Assembly (NCBI GenBank): GCA_002633005.1
Contig: NMRA01000030.1
Coordinates: 1-64,000, forward strand
Source of the DNA: Phoronis australis
Taxonomy: Eukaryota; Animalia; Phoronida
Direction of reading: 5' to 3'
DNA: 64,000 nt
Part shown: positions 10,694-23,658 of the stretch, piece by piece
How positions within the stretch are numbered: position 1 is the stretch's first letter
Layout: every line of letters begins with the position of its first letter
Program-made: the position numbers and the translations under genes
The notes under the pieces: generated by a model
The model's database searches: none
What the model saw: the letters and a program-made list of their open reading frames with translations, nothing else
What the model was told of the DNA's origin: nothing

Positions 10694-13383
10694 TAGCGAC
10701 CCTAGAAAAGTTATCAAATTTTATTGGCCTTGGCATTGGCTTACTCTAAAATTGTGAATTCCAATATAGCGCATGTCTACATTGCCTTTGACTCTGTCGA
10801 TGATTCAACAATTCAGCTTGTGAATGCTTTCAAACCCCGAAACGTTTTGGTTAAGAATTCAATATTGGCAGCTTAGCAACAGCTAAATGCTTCTTTAGGT
10901 GATAACGGACAGTAAAGCATCATTAATCTTGTACTTCCGAGGGTTACAGCTGTACAGAGCTATACACATAATTGACAATATGCTGTTGACTTGCTTTTGA
11001 ATGAGAGATTTATAGCTATATTGCCTAAAACATGTCATGCGCAGTATATTGTTTCAGGTCCAGTTAATTTGATTTCACATTGCACTGTTAGTTTTAACTA
11101 ATGTTATCTTTACTCAGCTCTAACTAATATGTATTTTACTGTGGTTGGGTCATTTTGAAATTGGTGTGCCTGTGCTATGCACAATCAATGCTTTTACTAA
11201 TAAAGACAATGGTGAGTCTTACATGTCACATTATGCGAAAGACTGCTTGCTTGTATAATTTAGAAATATAGAAATGTAACATAAATAATATTGTGTCGTT
11301 CTTTACGTTTATAATTGACCTAAAGGTAAGATTTTATAGCCACAATTTACACCAACATTTGGTAACCACATCCGCGCATGTGTACCCATTCGTTTGTACA
11401 GTAGTTTCCAAAATAAACTGGACTTCGACAGAACTCCACTAGACACTGCCACACTTGGAAGAACTTCTTGTCAGAGTAAGTTTAATTAAAACTTTGTTGT
11501 GATTATAAAGCATTTTAGTCGAAGATTAGAATCCAGTGTGAATTGTGAAGTTACTTTGCCTTTCCCCTGTGAAATTAATCGACACATGGTGGCAAGTTGT
11601 CGCAACTTCGAGAAAGAGCGAGGTGCAACACCGGGGCATGCTGAGATTTTCATGATTGAGATTTATCGATAATTATTCTTGTGGAAAAGAAATGTTTAGT
11701 CACGGTTTTGTGTGTCAAAGCTTTGTCGAATTTCAAAGTTGTCCAGTTTACCTGGAAAACTACTCAGGGATTGTAACTAGTTGACGTGTTTTTATACACC
11801 CGGTCTCAATTGTACGAGCAACACTTTGTATTTTGTCCGTTCATAATTCTAGATTCTGGGTTAGTACAATAAACCCACTGTCAAATCACAAAATGACATT
11901 TGATTTTATCCACTAATCTTTATCAATTTGTTTTAACTTAATCCCAACTCGGAGTCGAAGTCGGAAGTTTCGGCCTGGCCAGAAATAACAGTTCGTTATT
12001 ACTCCAGACCATGCATTTATTGTAGATTCAATATGCATGTCATTTTGAGCTGACAGCAATGTAGTACATCTAACTGACGTTGTCGACGTAAAGTAACATC
12101 TGCCCTAATTAGCCTTGTACATTTCAGCTTTGTAGGATTTTAATTGCGTTTCAAGGCGACAAGGCGTGAACTGTCACAGTAGTTGGCCTACTTAGCAATT
12201 TAATGATGAATACCAACTCCCAGGAAGATTAAGGAACTATAATACAACCTCCAGTTGAAAGAATACCAGTCTGAATAATCATTTGTAGTTTGAAGCTTTG
12301 TGTGTGAGATGTGATCATGTTTCGGTGCAGTTTAAAAGAAACACGGTATCGAAGTTAGGCAGATGTGCCATACTGGAACTTGTGCAGGATTTCAAACTAT
12401 TTAATACAGTGTAGGTGAATGATCTCGCACTGACAAACACAAGTAAAGTTTAAATAAAGACATCAACTAGTGTAAAATATAGTGACATGTTTTGACAGCA
12501 AAGCATCCACCATTCTCAAGCTTCATTCAAGGAATGGATGACAGGATAGCTACAGGTACAATACAGAGAAAATTCCAAAACGTGCAAAAATACTAGAACA
12601 GGATTGGCTAGCAATCAACGAATCACAACTCAGTGTGTGTAACAGTGTCAACGATTCGTGGGAAACCTGTGCATTGGGCGAGGGAGTTTCTGAATACCAA
12701 ATGGCTTCATTCAAATTTAGGTGCACAGTTTGAATGACGAGACAAATATGAGATGAGGAAAAACGGAAATGAAATATTTAAGCAAATAACCACTGGAAGT
12801 CGGATTCAATTGTAATACGACCAGTGAGACTTGAGAACACTGAAAAAGAAATGAGACGATACAGACAAGAGAATTTTTAAAAAAAAATGTTTTGATTTTT
12901 ATTTTATGAGCATTGCGAGTGATTGCACATTCTATACTCTAGAATCATCTCGGAAAAACATTGTCTACAAAGTGCTTGGTAAGTCATTCAACTGAACTGG
13001 TGCTACTCAAAATGTAACAGGAACGACATTCTACAACAAAATCTTAGTTTAGTACTTTATTGTTATAAATCTTTACCACTGTCATCATTTGGTGATTTGG
13101 GAATCAATCGTNATGCACAAATTTTGGGCAACTTAAAATGGATCTATTCTTACTAATTACTTAATCAATATTTATTCTGACAAAAACATTAATCTATAAT
13201 AAGCCATCACAGGCCGTAAAGTAAATACACTGGAAGATAACGACCCACGCTACTAACGATCCTAGTGGTGAAAATAAACGTGTCTCATTGTTAATTTATC
13301 AACAGTGACTTTACATTGCATTTGCTTGAATTTTGTGATACACAAGCATGCACATAAGATTGTATCCAGCCACAACATCAAAT

Positions 13384-13772
13384 TCACCTTCTTGTATAAG
13401 TCTTGAGACTAATACACCTTCTTGTATAAGTCTTGAGACTAATACACCTTCTTGTATAATTCTTGAGACTAATACACCATGTATAATTCTTGAGACTAAT
13501 ACACCTTCTTGTATAATAATTCTTGAGACTAATACACCTTCTTGTATAATAATTCTTGAGACTAAAGCACCTTCTTGTATAATTCTTGAGACTAATACAC
13601 TTTCTTGTATAATAATTCTTGAGACTAAAGCACCTTCTTGTATAATTCTTGAGACTAATACACCTTCTTGTATAATTCTTGAGACTAGTACACCTTGTAT
13701 AATTCTTGAGACTAGTACGCCTTCTTGTATAGTTCTTGAGACTAATACACCTTCTTGTATAATTCTTGAGAC
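13384..13772. repeat. Minisatellite, 27-33-bp unit (ACACCTTCTTGTATAATTCTTGAGACTAAT), ~13 copies
   Basis: Directly visible tandem array. It explains the repetitive ORFs 13311-13892 and 13348-13806. Confidence 0.95.
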
Positions 13773-14043
13773 TTTCAGTACTGTCTTACTCATAGGTTGC
13801 ACTTGATTCACTCTCTCCAGATATAAGGCGTCAACTGACATAGACATCTGATTGGTTCCCGATGTCATGCTGACTTCAAGCTTGCAAACCAATTAGATGT
13901 CTTTGATGAGATTCACCTGATTGAACTTGAATACATCTGGGTGTGTGCATCTAATGCAGCTCCCAATGTTTTAATTTTATAAAATGATGCTGTAATGATG
14001 TGAGCTGACTGTAATACAATGTTGTATTCTCAATTGTTTACAG

Positions 14044-14110
14044 ATTGTATGAAAGCTATAAAAGATTTCAGAAAATCAACAATGACCTGGAAGATAATCT
14101 TTTAAAAGTA
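14044..14110 (+). CDS. TJAP1: TJAP1/BEGAIN-family protein, internal coding exon (LYESYKRFQKINNDLEDNLLKV)
   Basis: tttacAG acceptor and GTAAGT donor. Resembles TJAP1 LQNSYTASQRTNQELEDKLHTL. Enters in phase 2, exits in phase 0, in frame with the next exon. Confidence 0.75.
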
Positions 14111-14919
14111 GTAAGTAATTAATATGTTCAAACAAAACATCTCTTGAAATAACAATACAACATAATCATGACTTGAATGTCGTAGGTAATGTTGGTGTAT
14201 GGAGTTTGTTCACAACTGTCAGGGATGTGATGGACTATTATTAAACATATTGAACAGTTAACATGTCACTAGACAATGTAGCACACGCTTCCTGGCCACG
14301 TGCTTTTAACAACAAGTTTTTTCATTTGTGAGACAGTAGTCAGCTGAATGGGCACTTCGAGTACGATTCACGGTTTTCAGGTGTAGGCCCTACAAAGTGT
14401 GAAAAAGTAGGTCACACCTGGCCAGTTCAGTGTAATTTTTTGAAACATTAAATACCTCCAGTGGAGACGTTAAGGATATAGACTAGAGAAAAGACAGTGT
14501 TGACTACTGATATTGAACTCTAGAAATTTGCGTCGAGTTTGGAATTGATATTCTGTAGAACACTGACCTACGGTGTTTTTTGGATTTTTGAATTACTAAT
14601 TGGTAAATTAACCCTTACCAAGCCCCGGGTGCTTTTGGAAATCCATGATATGTTAAAGGCGGTACTCCTAGACAAGACATAGCTTGCTTTTTTGACATGA
14701 TGTATTGTGAGTCCCAAACTGTTTGAACTTCCACATTTTTGGTCTTCCAAAAGCAAGACTGTCTTGCTGTAAGTAAGTGATTAAATTAAACTGATATCAC
14801 ACAAGATATAAGTGTAGAAAAGAAGTCAGAAGGTGCTAGCAACATAGTATTTGATGTGGTGAGCACTCATACTTGATAACATTATGACATTTAGTAACCA
14901 TTCTCTTCTGTAATTACAG

Positions 14920-15027
14920 GTCAATAAATTTGACAGTGAGAAGACAGCGTTACAGAAAGAAGTATCGTCCATAACTTCCAAGCTAATTGAGGCTCGTGTC
15001 ACATTGGCAGAACTCGAGGAGGAAAAT
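14920..15027 (+). CDS. TJAP1: TJAP1/BEGAIN-family coding exon (VNKFDSEKTALQKEVSSITSKLIEARVTLAELEEEN)
   Basis: ttacAG / GTAGGT boundaries, 108 nt, phase 0-0. Coiled coil resembling TJAP1 DRKTLDWEIVELTNKLLDAKNTINKLEELN. Confidence 0.85.
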
Positions 15028-15476
15028 GTAGGTAGCCTTGTTACTCTTTGGCGCCATCTGTTGGATGAGTTAGAACGAGACTGGTCTTTTGCAATTTCTG
15101 GAGTGTGTATAATTATTTGTCTTTTCAAGGAGGAACTATCATTGAATTTTAGATTTTGACTATTTTAAAGTTTTTGATTCTTGTCAACCTATGTGTAAAA
15201 ATAGACGTTCTTGCACAATAATAACTTTGATATCATCTCTGAAAATCCTTCACACCATATCACTGCTCAGCACACTAATGATTTGTTGCAGGATAGTCCA
15301 TTACCTTATTCCACGAATTGGCCAATTGTTAAACCATTACACAAAGAACATTAGGCATGGTAACCATATTGGTTTTGAGATGCATTGAAAAACACTCAAA
15401 GTGTCCCTGCACACAAACATACATTTTACCAAGAGAGCATATTCCTGCTTTCTGTTCTATATAATGTAAACCTGGA

Positions 15477-15672
15477 GCATTACATGGGCACAGTGACAAC
15501 TGAAGCATTACATGGGCACAGTGTCAACTGAAGCATTACATGGGCACAGTGACAACTGAAGCATTACATGGGCACAGTGTCAACTGAAGCATTACATGGG
15601 CACAGTGACAACTGAAGCATTACATGGGCACAGTGTCAACTGAAGCATTACATGGGCACAGTGACAACTGAA
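15477..15672. repeat. 28-bp tandem repeat x7 with strictly alternating A/T variant (56-bp higher-order period)
   Basis: GCATTACATGGGCACAGTG(A/T)CAACTGAA; variants run A,T,A,T,A,T,A. Confidence 0.95.
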
Positions 15673-16323
15673 CAAATATAACAAGTGGTGACTGCAAAAC
15701 TTGTGGTAGTAATAGAATTGAGTTTTTTTAGCCACAATTTGGAAATATTTAATAAACTTCAAATGCATGACAGAATTTTTGTTTAAGTTAGTAAATGTTA
15801 CTGTGAACTTATAACTGAATAGTGTTTGCCAAATCTGAAGTGTTTGTTTTTGATTATTTTGTGTTACAACTATTACTGACGATCGTCACAGTTTCTGTCT
15901 AATGTGATTAGGTTTCCTTCTTTTGTTCATTTTTTTCAAAAATAGGTCAACATTATGTACATTAAAGAAGTAATTGACATAATTACTTTACTGCTGATTA
16001 AGTTTTTTGTCTAATGCTGCTCATGTGATTCACTGTGGCTGGAGTTAAATCGAGGTCGTCGGGACACCTTCGAGTAGTTCAGGCAATCCTATGTGTGGGT
16101 CGGTCAACTTGCAGAGCTTCGACTCTTCAGCTGATCTCACTAACACATGGCTGGCCTAAACAATAGCATCAAGTAAAATCAACACTGTTTCCTCTGTTCA
16201 AATCATAATGAAGGTCTCGAGCTTATTTTGGACTTCTGGTATTTTTGGCTAGGGGTGTTCATATGCTTTGTTAATCGTTCACCTACTTTTTCTTTTGTTT
16301 TTATATGATATTTTGTTTTACAG

Positions 16324-16407
16324 GAAAGATATCGAAATGACTGCAATTTAGCTGTGCAAATGTTACACTGTAAACCTTCCAATTTTGTGGCACAAAAGTT
16401 AAATTCG
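16324..16407 (+). CDS. TJAP1: TJAP1/BEGAIN-family coding exon (ERYRNDCNLAVQMLHCKPSNFVAQKLNS)
   Basis: ttttacAG / GTAAGT, 84 nt, phase 0-0. Matches the family signature ERYRLDCNLAVQLLKC. Confidence 0.9.
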
Positions 16408-17437
16408 GTAAGTAATGCCATTTTCTTGCATAATTGTGATGTGTAAAAGGCTACTTTCAGACACTAATCCTCCTGGTGGCACTGTGACCAATTCAATGCT
16501 CACAGATGGAGATTAACCCTATGGTTCATAGTCACTTTAACAGTTGGGGGATATAGTAGTGTTTTGTTGCAAATCCAAACATTTCCTGAATGTCTTTGGC
16601 ACCAACTTTTTATTTCATTTGTTTCAATTTAGTACAAATCGTATCATTTTGCACGATAATTATTATATGGATACACGTGCAACAACTCTGATGTTAAAAA
16701 AATGTTGTTCTTGATTGAAAGTGATTCTGCACCAATTGAATCGTGTATCTCATGAATCCAATAGATGTCACCAGTTTATATGAATTTTGGACGTGTATAC
16801 CATTTATCGAGTGTAGACCAACAAACAACTGAAGTGCCCTATTCATACCTGCTTGATCAAATCATCTTACAAATCTGTAATAATGGTTTTGTGTGATTCC
16901 CTTCTACGTGTAGAATGCACTAACATATTTTTTCCAGGAAAAATAAAGCCAAGGATTTTTACAGAATCGTCAAGTTCTTGTTTTACACTGTTGAGATGAG
17001 AACAGTATGGATTTAGTTACTGACATCAATTTGAGATTTCTATTGAATAAATGGAGACAAAAAAAAAGAATTTCAGTGAACACTCTTTATTGATATGAAG
17101 GAGAAGACAGTAGATACCTGGGTGGAACTCTACAATAACTCTTAGAAATTGTCACAAAATTTTCAAAGAATTAAAATATTTGGGTTCATGCAATGAAAGG
17201 TATATTTAGAAACAGTTAGACATTGTAAAGATTATTGTGATGACCACTGCCATGCTGTTAGTTATTAGCTTCAAACAAAAAGAGCAATTTACGCCTTAGA
17301 ACAAATCGATTCTTCAAACAACTGTTTTTAAACGGTTGCATTAAATGTATTTAACACCCTGGGAGTTTTCTGATGGAATATTGCTAATGTATTCTATTTG
17401 ATTATGACCTCATGAATATTCATGTATATTTCTGCAG

Positions 17438-17881
17438 CTTCCTGTAGACCTTCAAGAGAGGATCCGCAGCAACATGACAAAGGAACAGCTGATGAGTTTA
17501 GAAGAAACGCCCCCTATCACCATGGAAACGAAGACAATCCGCGTTCCCATGCCTACATTCCCTCCCACAGCGATGGTCTACTCACTCAACAAACCAACCA
17601 CTGAGGAAAAGCCAGTGGAAAATGCAGAGAAAACTCGACCAGACGTTGTCCCAATGACTCTTGTAGCCAAAGTGCTAAAACAGCCAAATCAAGCTGTGAA
17701 GAAAACGCGTAAAGCATATCTGTGTTCTAAGTGTCATGTGGACGTTGTGATGGTGGACAAGGAGTCGCAGACGTACAGTGTTAGAGAGGTGAGCGCCACG
17801 GACTTTGTTGGTCGAATCTCACCGAATCTCAAGGTACACAGAGTTCACAAGCCTTGTGTGAAGTCGGAGTCTGATTTATGA
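17438..17881 (+). CDS. TJAP1: TJAP1/BEGAIN-family terminal coding exon (LPVDLQERIRSNMTKEQ...PTFPPTAMVYS...SESDL*)
   Basis: tttctgcAG acceptor in frame with ORF 17474-17881. LPxDLQE follows the conserved block as in the family. Confidence 0.8.
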   Translation, partial: LPVDLQERIRSNMTKEQLMSLEETPPITMETKTIRVPMPTFPPTAMVYSLNKPTTEEKPVENAEKTRPDVVPMTLVAKVLKQPNQAVKKTRKAYLCSKCHVDVVMVDKESQTYSVREVSATDFVGRISPNLKVHRVHKPCVKSESDL

Positions 17882-18062
17882 CACATGGCCTATTGTTGCT
17901 TGTTGTAAGTTCTGGCTATTCTAGGTTTTTATCAAATGTTTCTTTCACTTGTATCTACTGGAAATCTTCCATTTTGCACTTCAGCTGTCTTTCATATAGT
18001 CCCCTGGTAGAAAAAAAACGACAGTTTACCCACAATGCAGTGATGCCGATATGGTAGTGATC

Positions 18063-19168
18063 GTTTTTATGAGGCCACATTTATGTGGTGGCATAATGTC
18101 GTCCTCCTGCCCGGTTGTTTGGTTGGTTCTTGATGAGACCTAGCACAAATGCGTAGGGCATCACTGGAATCACATAGGCCACTTTTCAACATGCCCTGCC
18201 CCCCATGACTTGAGGTGTTGGATTTCTCGGTGTTTTCTTGGAGATGAGCATTTCTGGATGATATCTGGAGAACCAATAAACAGATTTCAATGAAAGTTGA
18301 CACCGAGGTATATGACAACAATGCGAAGGCACCTGCTGATTTTCAAGTGGATTTGACCACTTCAACAGCCCGTAGTGGACATTTTGATCTCAACAAGTGG
18401 CTTTTTCTGTACTTTTTGAAGAAGAGCATTTCTAGGTGATATCTAGAGAACCATGTGACAGATTTCAGTGAAACTTGACACAAAGGTATTGTGCCAGCAC
18501 CAGTTGATTTATGGATCATTTAGAGTATTGTAGTGTCCCCTAGCGACCATTTTGTCTGGTTGTATTGGGCAAATGTCTGCTCAGTATCTCATAAACCCCT
18601 GGTCTTATGTTGATGAAGTTTGGCACTAGGGTGTAGGCCATCACTTGGGTGGCACTTGCCACTTTTCAGTCTCCTCTGTCCCTCGTTGCCAGTGGGACGG
18701 GTCTTTTCAATATTTTGTTGGGGGGGGGGGGCTGAGCACTTTCTGGATGATATCTAAAGAACAGATGGATGAGTTTCAGTGAACTTTGACTCGGAGGTAT
18801 GTGATGACAATATGCCGCCACCAGTCAAATGGCCGAATTCGGCCACTTCAGCATCCCCTAGTGGCTGTTTTGATGTCGACGAGGGCTTCTTCACTACTTT
18901 TGGAGGGAAGAGTGTTTCTAGAACATATCTAGAGTAGAAGCAAGTGACGGAGTTCAATGAAAGTTGCCTCAGATGTATGTGTTGCCTTTGCACCATCACC
19001 TCGATGATTTTCAGGCAATATCGACTACTGCAGCACTGTCTAGTGGCCATTTTGTCCTTTGTCCAGTTGTCTGCTCGAACATATCTCAAAATTCCGTGGT
19101 TGTATTTTGGTGACATACTCTTTAAGGGTGTACCTTAGTAGCCATTTCCTCTCGACATGGGGCTTGTT
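18063..19168 (+). mobile_element. Helentron-like element family B (decayed CTCF-motif subunits), opposite orientation to the 28 kb and 53 kb copies
   Basis: Starts TTTTTATG with hairpin CCACAT-TT-ATGTGG and a GGTT microsatellite, and ends GGGGCTTGTT. Repeated GATTTCARTGAAACTTGAC and ...CCCCTAGTGGC motifs. Confidence 0.5.
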
Positions 19169-19548
19169 CAGTACTTAAAGGGAGAAGAGCAAACTGCTTA
19201 TGGGACTCTAATGAATGTGATAACGGACGGCGCTGACTTTTGAACCGATATAACTACTGCAGTGCCTCCAGTGTTTGTTTTTAATTTACTTTGGTGTCCT
19301 CAGTGTTCCTTGATAGTATTTCATGAAATTTGGCTAACAGATTTCTATTAAAAAGACAACTCTTTCCCATTTTTGGGTGGATACAATCTATTCTGTGCCA
19401 CTCAGTGACCAATTAAAAATTTTGTGTACGTTTTTGGCGTCTGTCTCTCTATCTGCAAATTTGCTTGAAGATCATCATAAAACTTGTGTTCCTGATGAGA
19501 AGGCTGCAGCTGACTTTGAGTTTTAGACAGATTCGGCTTTACCAGCTA

Positions 19549-19782
19549 CAGGGCTTGGAATTTTCCTCTTTTAAGAGGATTTCCTCTTTTGGTTTTGATT
19601 TTCTCTCATTTGTTTTCTAGTTTTCTCTTTTATCATTATTTTGACTTTATTCATGCAAAAATGTTTATTTCAGTTAAATTTCACAACTGTTACACAAAAA
19701 ATATTTCTATCACACAAGCCTATTTATTTGTGGCATGATACATCACACAAAAGTTTTTTGTCATTGGTCATTCCAGGCCTTG
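19549..19782. mobile_element. hAT-like MITE (second copy at 61223-61477)
   Basis: Imperfect TIR CAGGGCTTGGAAT / ATTCCAGGCCTTG. The internal sequence is clearly homologous to 61223-61477. No TSD recognisable. Confidence 0.55.
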
Positions 19783-21422
19783 CCTCTAGGTGGCATTGCT
19801 CTTATTTGCAGATAAATCAGTATTTAGACCACACTTTATGTAGGCAGGTGGTCCCAGTGTTCTCTCATCGTTTAGTGCACTGTTTAAAGCAACATGCAGC
19901 ACCATTTGTGAGAAGTCTTCTGAAAATTCGATGTGGATGTTATCGCAGCTTCGATGCCTGATAAGGAGGCTCTCCAAGAGATGAAGGCAGTTAATGAAAA
20001 ATCAGCAGCTTGATGTGCTTTGCATTTTTATTACCTCTGTACAACATAGTATAAAATCTACAATTGTATTTGTATGACTTAATTTTATAAATTATTTGCG
20101 CAAAGTAGCATCTGTGTTCAACTTAACTGCACGAATGTGAAATTCCCAAAGCTTTACCTGTATCTACTGGCTGTTTGTGTGTACACTAGGCACGAGTCTT
20201 TAAGTCAGACTGTCTATTTATGTTGTAGTCAAAGATTGGCACATGACGAAATATGTGACAATAAGACGAGAACATGATAAAGTGCGTCCAGACAACCAGT
20301 TACCCCGGCGTAAGTACTCCCCCCTCTTCCAGTCAGCCGAGGATCTGAACAGCAAAGTTCCAACTACAGTCATCAACATGGAAAAGAATGTCTGTATGTG
20401 TGTGGCAGGAGATGAGTGACTCTGTCAATAATGAACTCCTTGACAAGACTGCTTCTATCTACAGACAGTTACACTGGGGCAAGTTGATGTGGCGCAGGTT
20501 TACCACCTTGGAAAGGTGGGGGTAACTTGTCATAGCAATGTGTTAACAGTTTTATCCAGTGAGCTGTGGCCCAATATCTTGTCAACTTCTTCTTGGGTGA
20601 CTGCGGGTTTGTACACAAATTTAATGACCTGTTCAACTCCAAAGTGTATGATGAAGACTGCTGTAGTGGAATCGGACTTTTGCAAATCAATGCTTTTATC
20701 GGCATGTCAGAATTACAAAATAGAAGTTACTAGGCATTTTGCCAAATGGCATACCAAATAGTAGTAAGCTCATTGTTGTCAGATGTTGTGTGTACTCAAG
20801 ACCGTTTTACTCTGTTTGCTCTGCTGTGCTCTTGTACTGGAAAAAACAAATTTGGCTGTATTATCTTAAGAGTTGCCCTGGGACAGATTAACTTATCTCT
20901 GATTTGGCCACAAGGAGATAACGCAATGATTGAGAATATTTTGAAGTGCTTCAGGTGCATAACGGTAAAGTTACATTCCAAGTAGTCTTGAATTATTGTA
21001 GTTATTTCATTTTCTGCTGTGGTGCAGCTGTAATTTGTCTACCATTCCTCTTGTTTTAAGTTATGTAAGACCCAAAAATGACCAAATTTAGCTAACTTTG
21101 GAACATTGTGTTTCAAAAGTGGATAATGGGATTTACATGAAACTTGTAGTCTGCTTAATATGCACTATTCTCCAAAACATTTAGGAATTTATTATTTTTA
21201 AAGTCTTCTAGTTTTGCACGAGGGGATATAAAAAAGACATTTGATTTCATGAAATAAAAACGAAATAATAATTCAGAATACTTAAAGTGTTTTTGTGATT
21301 TCATCTTAAGCATTTTATATCAGTTTGAATTTGGTCATGTTATTTGTTACCGTTATTTGGTCATGTTATTTGGTACCGTTATTTTGCTATGAATGTACTT
21401 CTTTTTTGCTAAATTTTACTAA

Positions 21423-22230
21423 GAGCTGTTCCAGCAAAATCTGTATGGGAGGGGGGAAGGCACTTTTATTTCGTACCCACCGCCCATATTTTTCATTTAT
21501 TTCTCCAACCCATGACCCATGATTTTTTAATTATTTTTAATAGGTTAAAATATAAAATCCAACACTTGCAAACAAATTGCCTCCAGGAGGACCTGTTAAA
21601 AACTTAGATGATTGACAGACAAGAACTAGTTGTCTTGTCCAATATTGTCAAAAACTAAAAGTAGCCTGTGAGCAATACTTTTGGCAGCCATCAGGTGTCT
21701 CTGTTCACCATGTGTATAATTTCAATGAACATTTTTTCAATTATAAGGATCTATGAATCTCAAACTGTTTCCACGAACTCTTTTATACTTCTGTGTCAAG
21801 TGAATATTGGAACTTATTTATCTTACTCCTCATACTTTTTATTTAAAAATCATCAATTTTCTTATATGTGTTAACACCAGTTTAGTGTTGCATAACTTTT
21901 CAATTCAATAGGACTGCAGACAAACAGTTGGCTCAAATCATGTTGCCCATGACTTGATTAATGGCTTAGTGAACATATTGTACTCTGTTCACTGGCAATA
22001 TGGGCTTTTTTGTATTGGGGTAAGTTAGGATATATGCCAATTGGATTTTTTTAGGGCTGAGGTAACCAACCTGTCAACATCAGCAGGTAAAAAAATACCA
22101 CCCATTTTTAATGCATCACTTACAGGAACGACCACCCATAATTTGAGTTTTTTTTCTGAAGACCACCACCCATGAATTTTTATTTCTACTGCCGTCCCCC
22201 CCTCCCACACGGATTTTACTGGAACAGCCC
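21423..22230. mobile_element. PIF/Harbinger MITE, same TIR family, different internal sequence
   Basis: GAGCTGTTCCAGCAAAATCTGTATGGGAGGGGGG ... CCCCCCTCCCACACGGATTTTACTGGAACAGCCC with TAA flanks (21420-21422, 22231-22233). Confidence 0.8.
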
Positions 22231-22384
22231 TAAGAGTACCTGGTCACATGACCCAATTAATAATAGATTGGTACAAGTCCAAAATCAAATTCTACGATCT
22301 TTATTTTTTTCAGAAAGTATACTTTCACCGAATTAAAATCTATACTTTTGTAGATATTTAGCTGAATATACAACTTGTTGTTAA

Positions 22385-22950
22385 GGGCTGTTCCAGTAAA
22401 ATCTGTAAGGGAGGGGGGAAGGCACCTTTTTTCGCACCCACCACCCATATTTTTCATTTATTTCTTCAGCCTACCACCCGTAATTTTTTATAAGTTTGAA
22501 ATGCAACCACCCGTAATTTTTTTGTTCTTGTGGTTGACTGCACAGGTGCTTGAGTTTATCTGTTCCTCCATCACCACTAACGTCATTCATTACTAAGAAA
22601 ACATGTTTGAACTTTCTTATATATGGTTATTAGCCGTCGAGAAATTCGAGCACCTGTGGTTAAATGGTGTTATGGGCATGCCAATGAGGAGATGTGAGGG
22701 AGTGAAAAAGTCGGAGCTTTTTGCAAGTTGCATTTTTGTTTCAGTTTTTGATTCTGTGTGGATTGTTTATAAAATTTACTAAAATAACCCACCATCAAAC
22801 ATTTATGGCCCAATGAAACAACAACGACCTGTAAATTTTTATTTTTTTGAAGTATGACCACCAGCCATTTTGAATTAAAATCAAACGCAACCACCCATAA
22901 ATTTTTATTTCAGTTGCCTTCCCCCCACACAGATTTTGCTGGAACAGCCC
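22385..22950. mobile_element. PIF/Harbinger MITE, near-identical to 5741-6343
   Basis: Same TIRs, TAA flanks (22382-22384, 22951-22953), colinear internal sequence. Confidence 0.85.
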
Positions 22951-23658
22951 TAAGGTGGTCCATAACCTTAAGTCTTTATTCTCCAGCTTGTACCTCTAGC
23001 CAATAATTCAGCCCAGTTGTGGCACTTTGCTCAAAAGGTATAGCCAAAATGTTATTTTTTTCATTTTTCAAATGCCTACACTAGTGCGTAACTGTTAACA
23101 CATTGTTATGTTGTAGTTATAGGATGGTGTAAAGTTCAAACCTCAAGTAGTTAATTTTTGTCATTTATGTGACAAAATAAGATTCCATTTTCCATCATAT
23201 TGTGTCCAAAATACGGTAGTTTGATGACTGTCCAGAAGAGGGAGGGTAGGCTGTGGGTGGTCTAGTGGTCAGTACTCTTGTATAGCTACTGAGCTGTGTG
23301 GAGATGTCTGGTGTTTTGGTACAAGTTTGATTGTAATCTTTGACCATTGAGTTCTGTGCTTTAATCTACTGAAGTACACGCCAAAATTATTCTGACAAAA
23401 TGACCCACAATTCCTTGTCATGGGGGCAGGGCAGAAGACGAATTCATCATCCGAGTAGTCTTCTCGTGACAGAGAGTGAAGGGAATTAAATGGAAAGTTA
23501 GTGCAGTATCTAATAAAGACATTCTGTCATTAGAATGTTGCCGCCACAATAGCCATTACCAGTCATTTTTGCTGTTAACAGAATTATCCGTTATGACGGA
23601 GAATGATATTTTGTTTGATTACTTTTGTATTGTACTATACATTGCTGTTGATTACTTT

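Noticed and set aside
13311-13892. 193-aa and 152-aa repetitive ORFs
   Set aside because: Products of a 27-33-bp minisatellite that is open on both strands; no splice or homology support.
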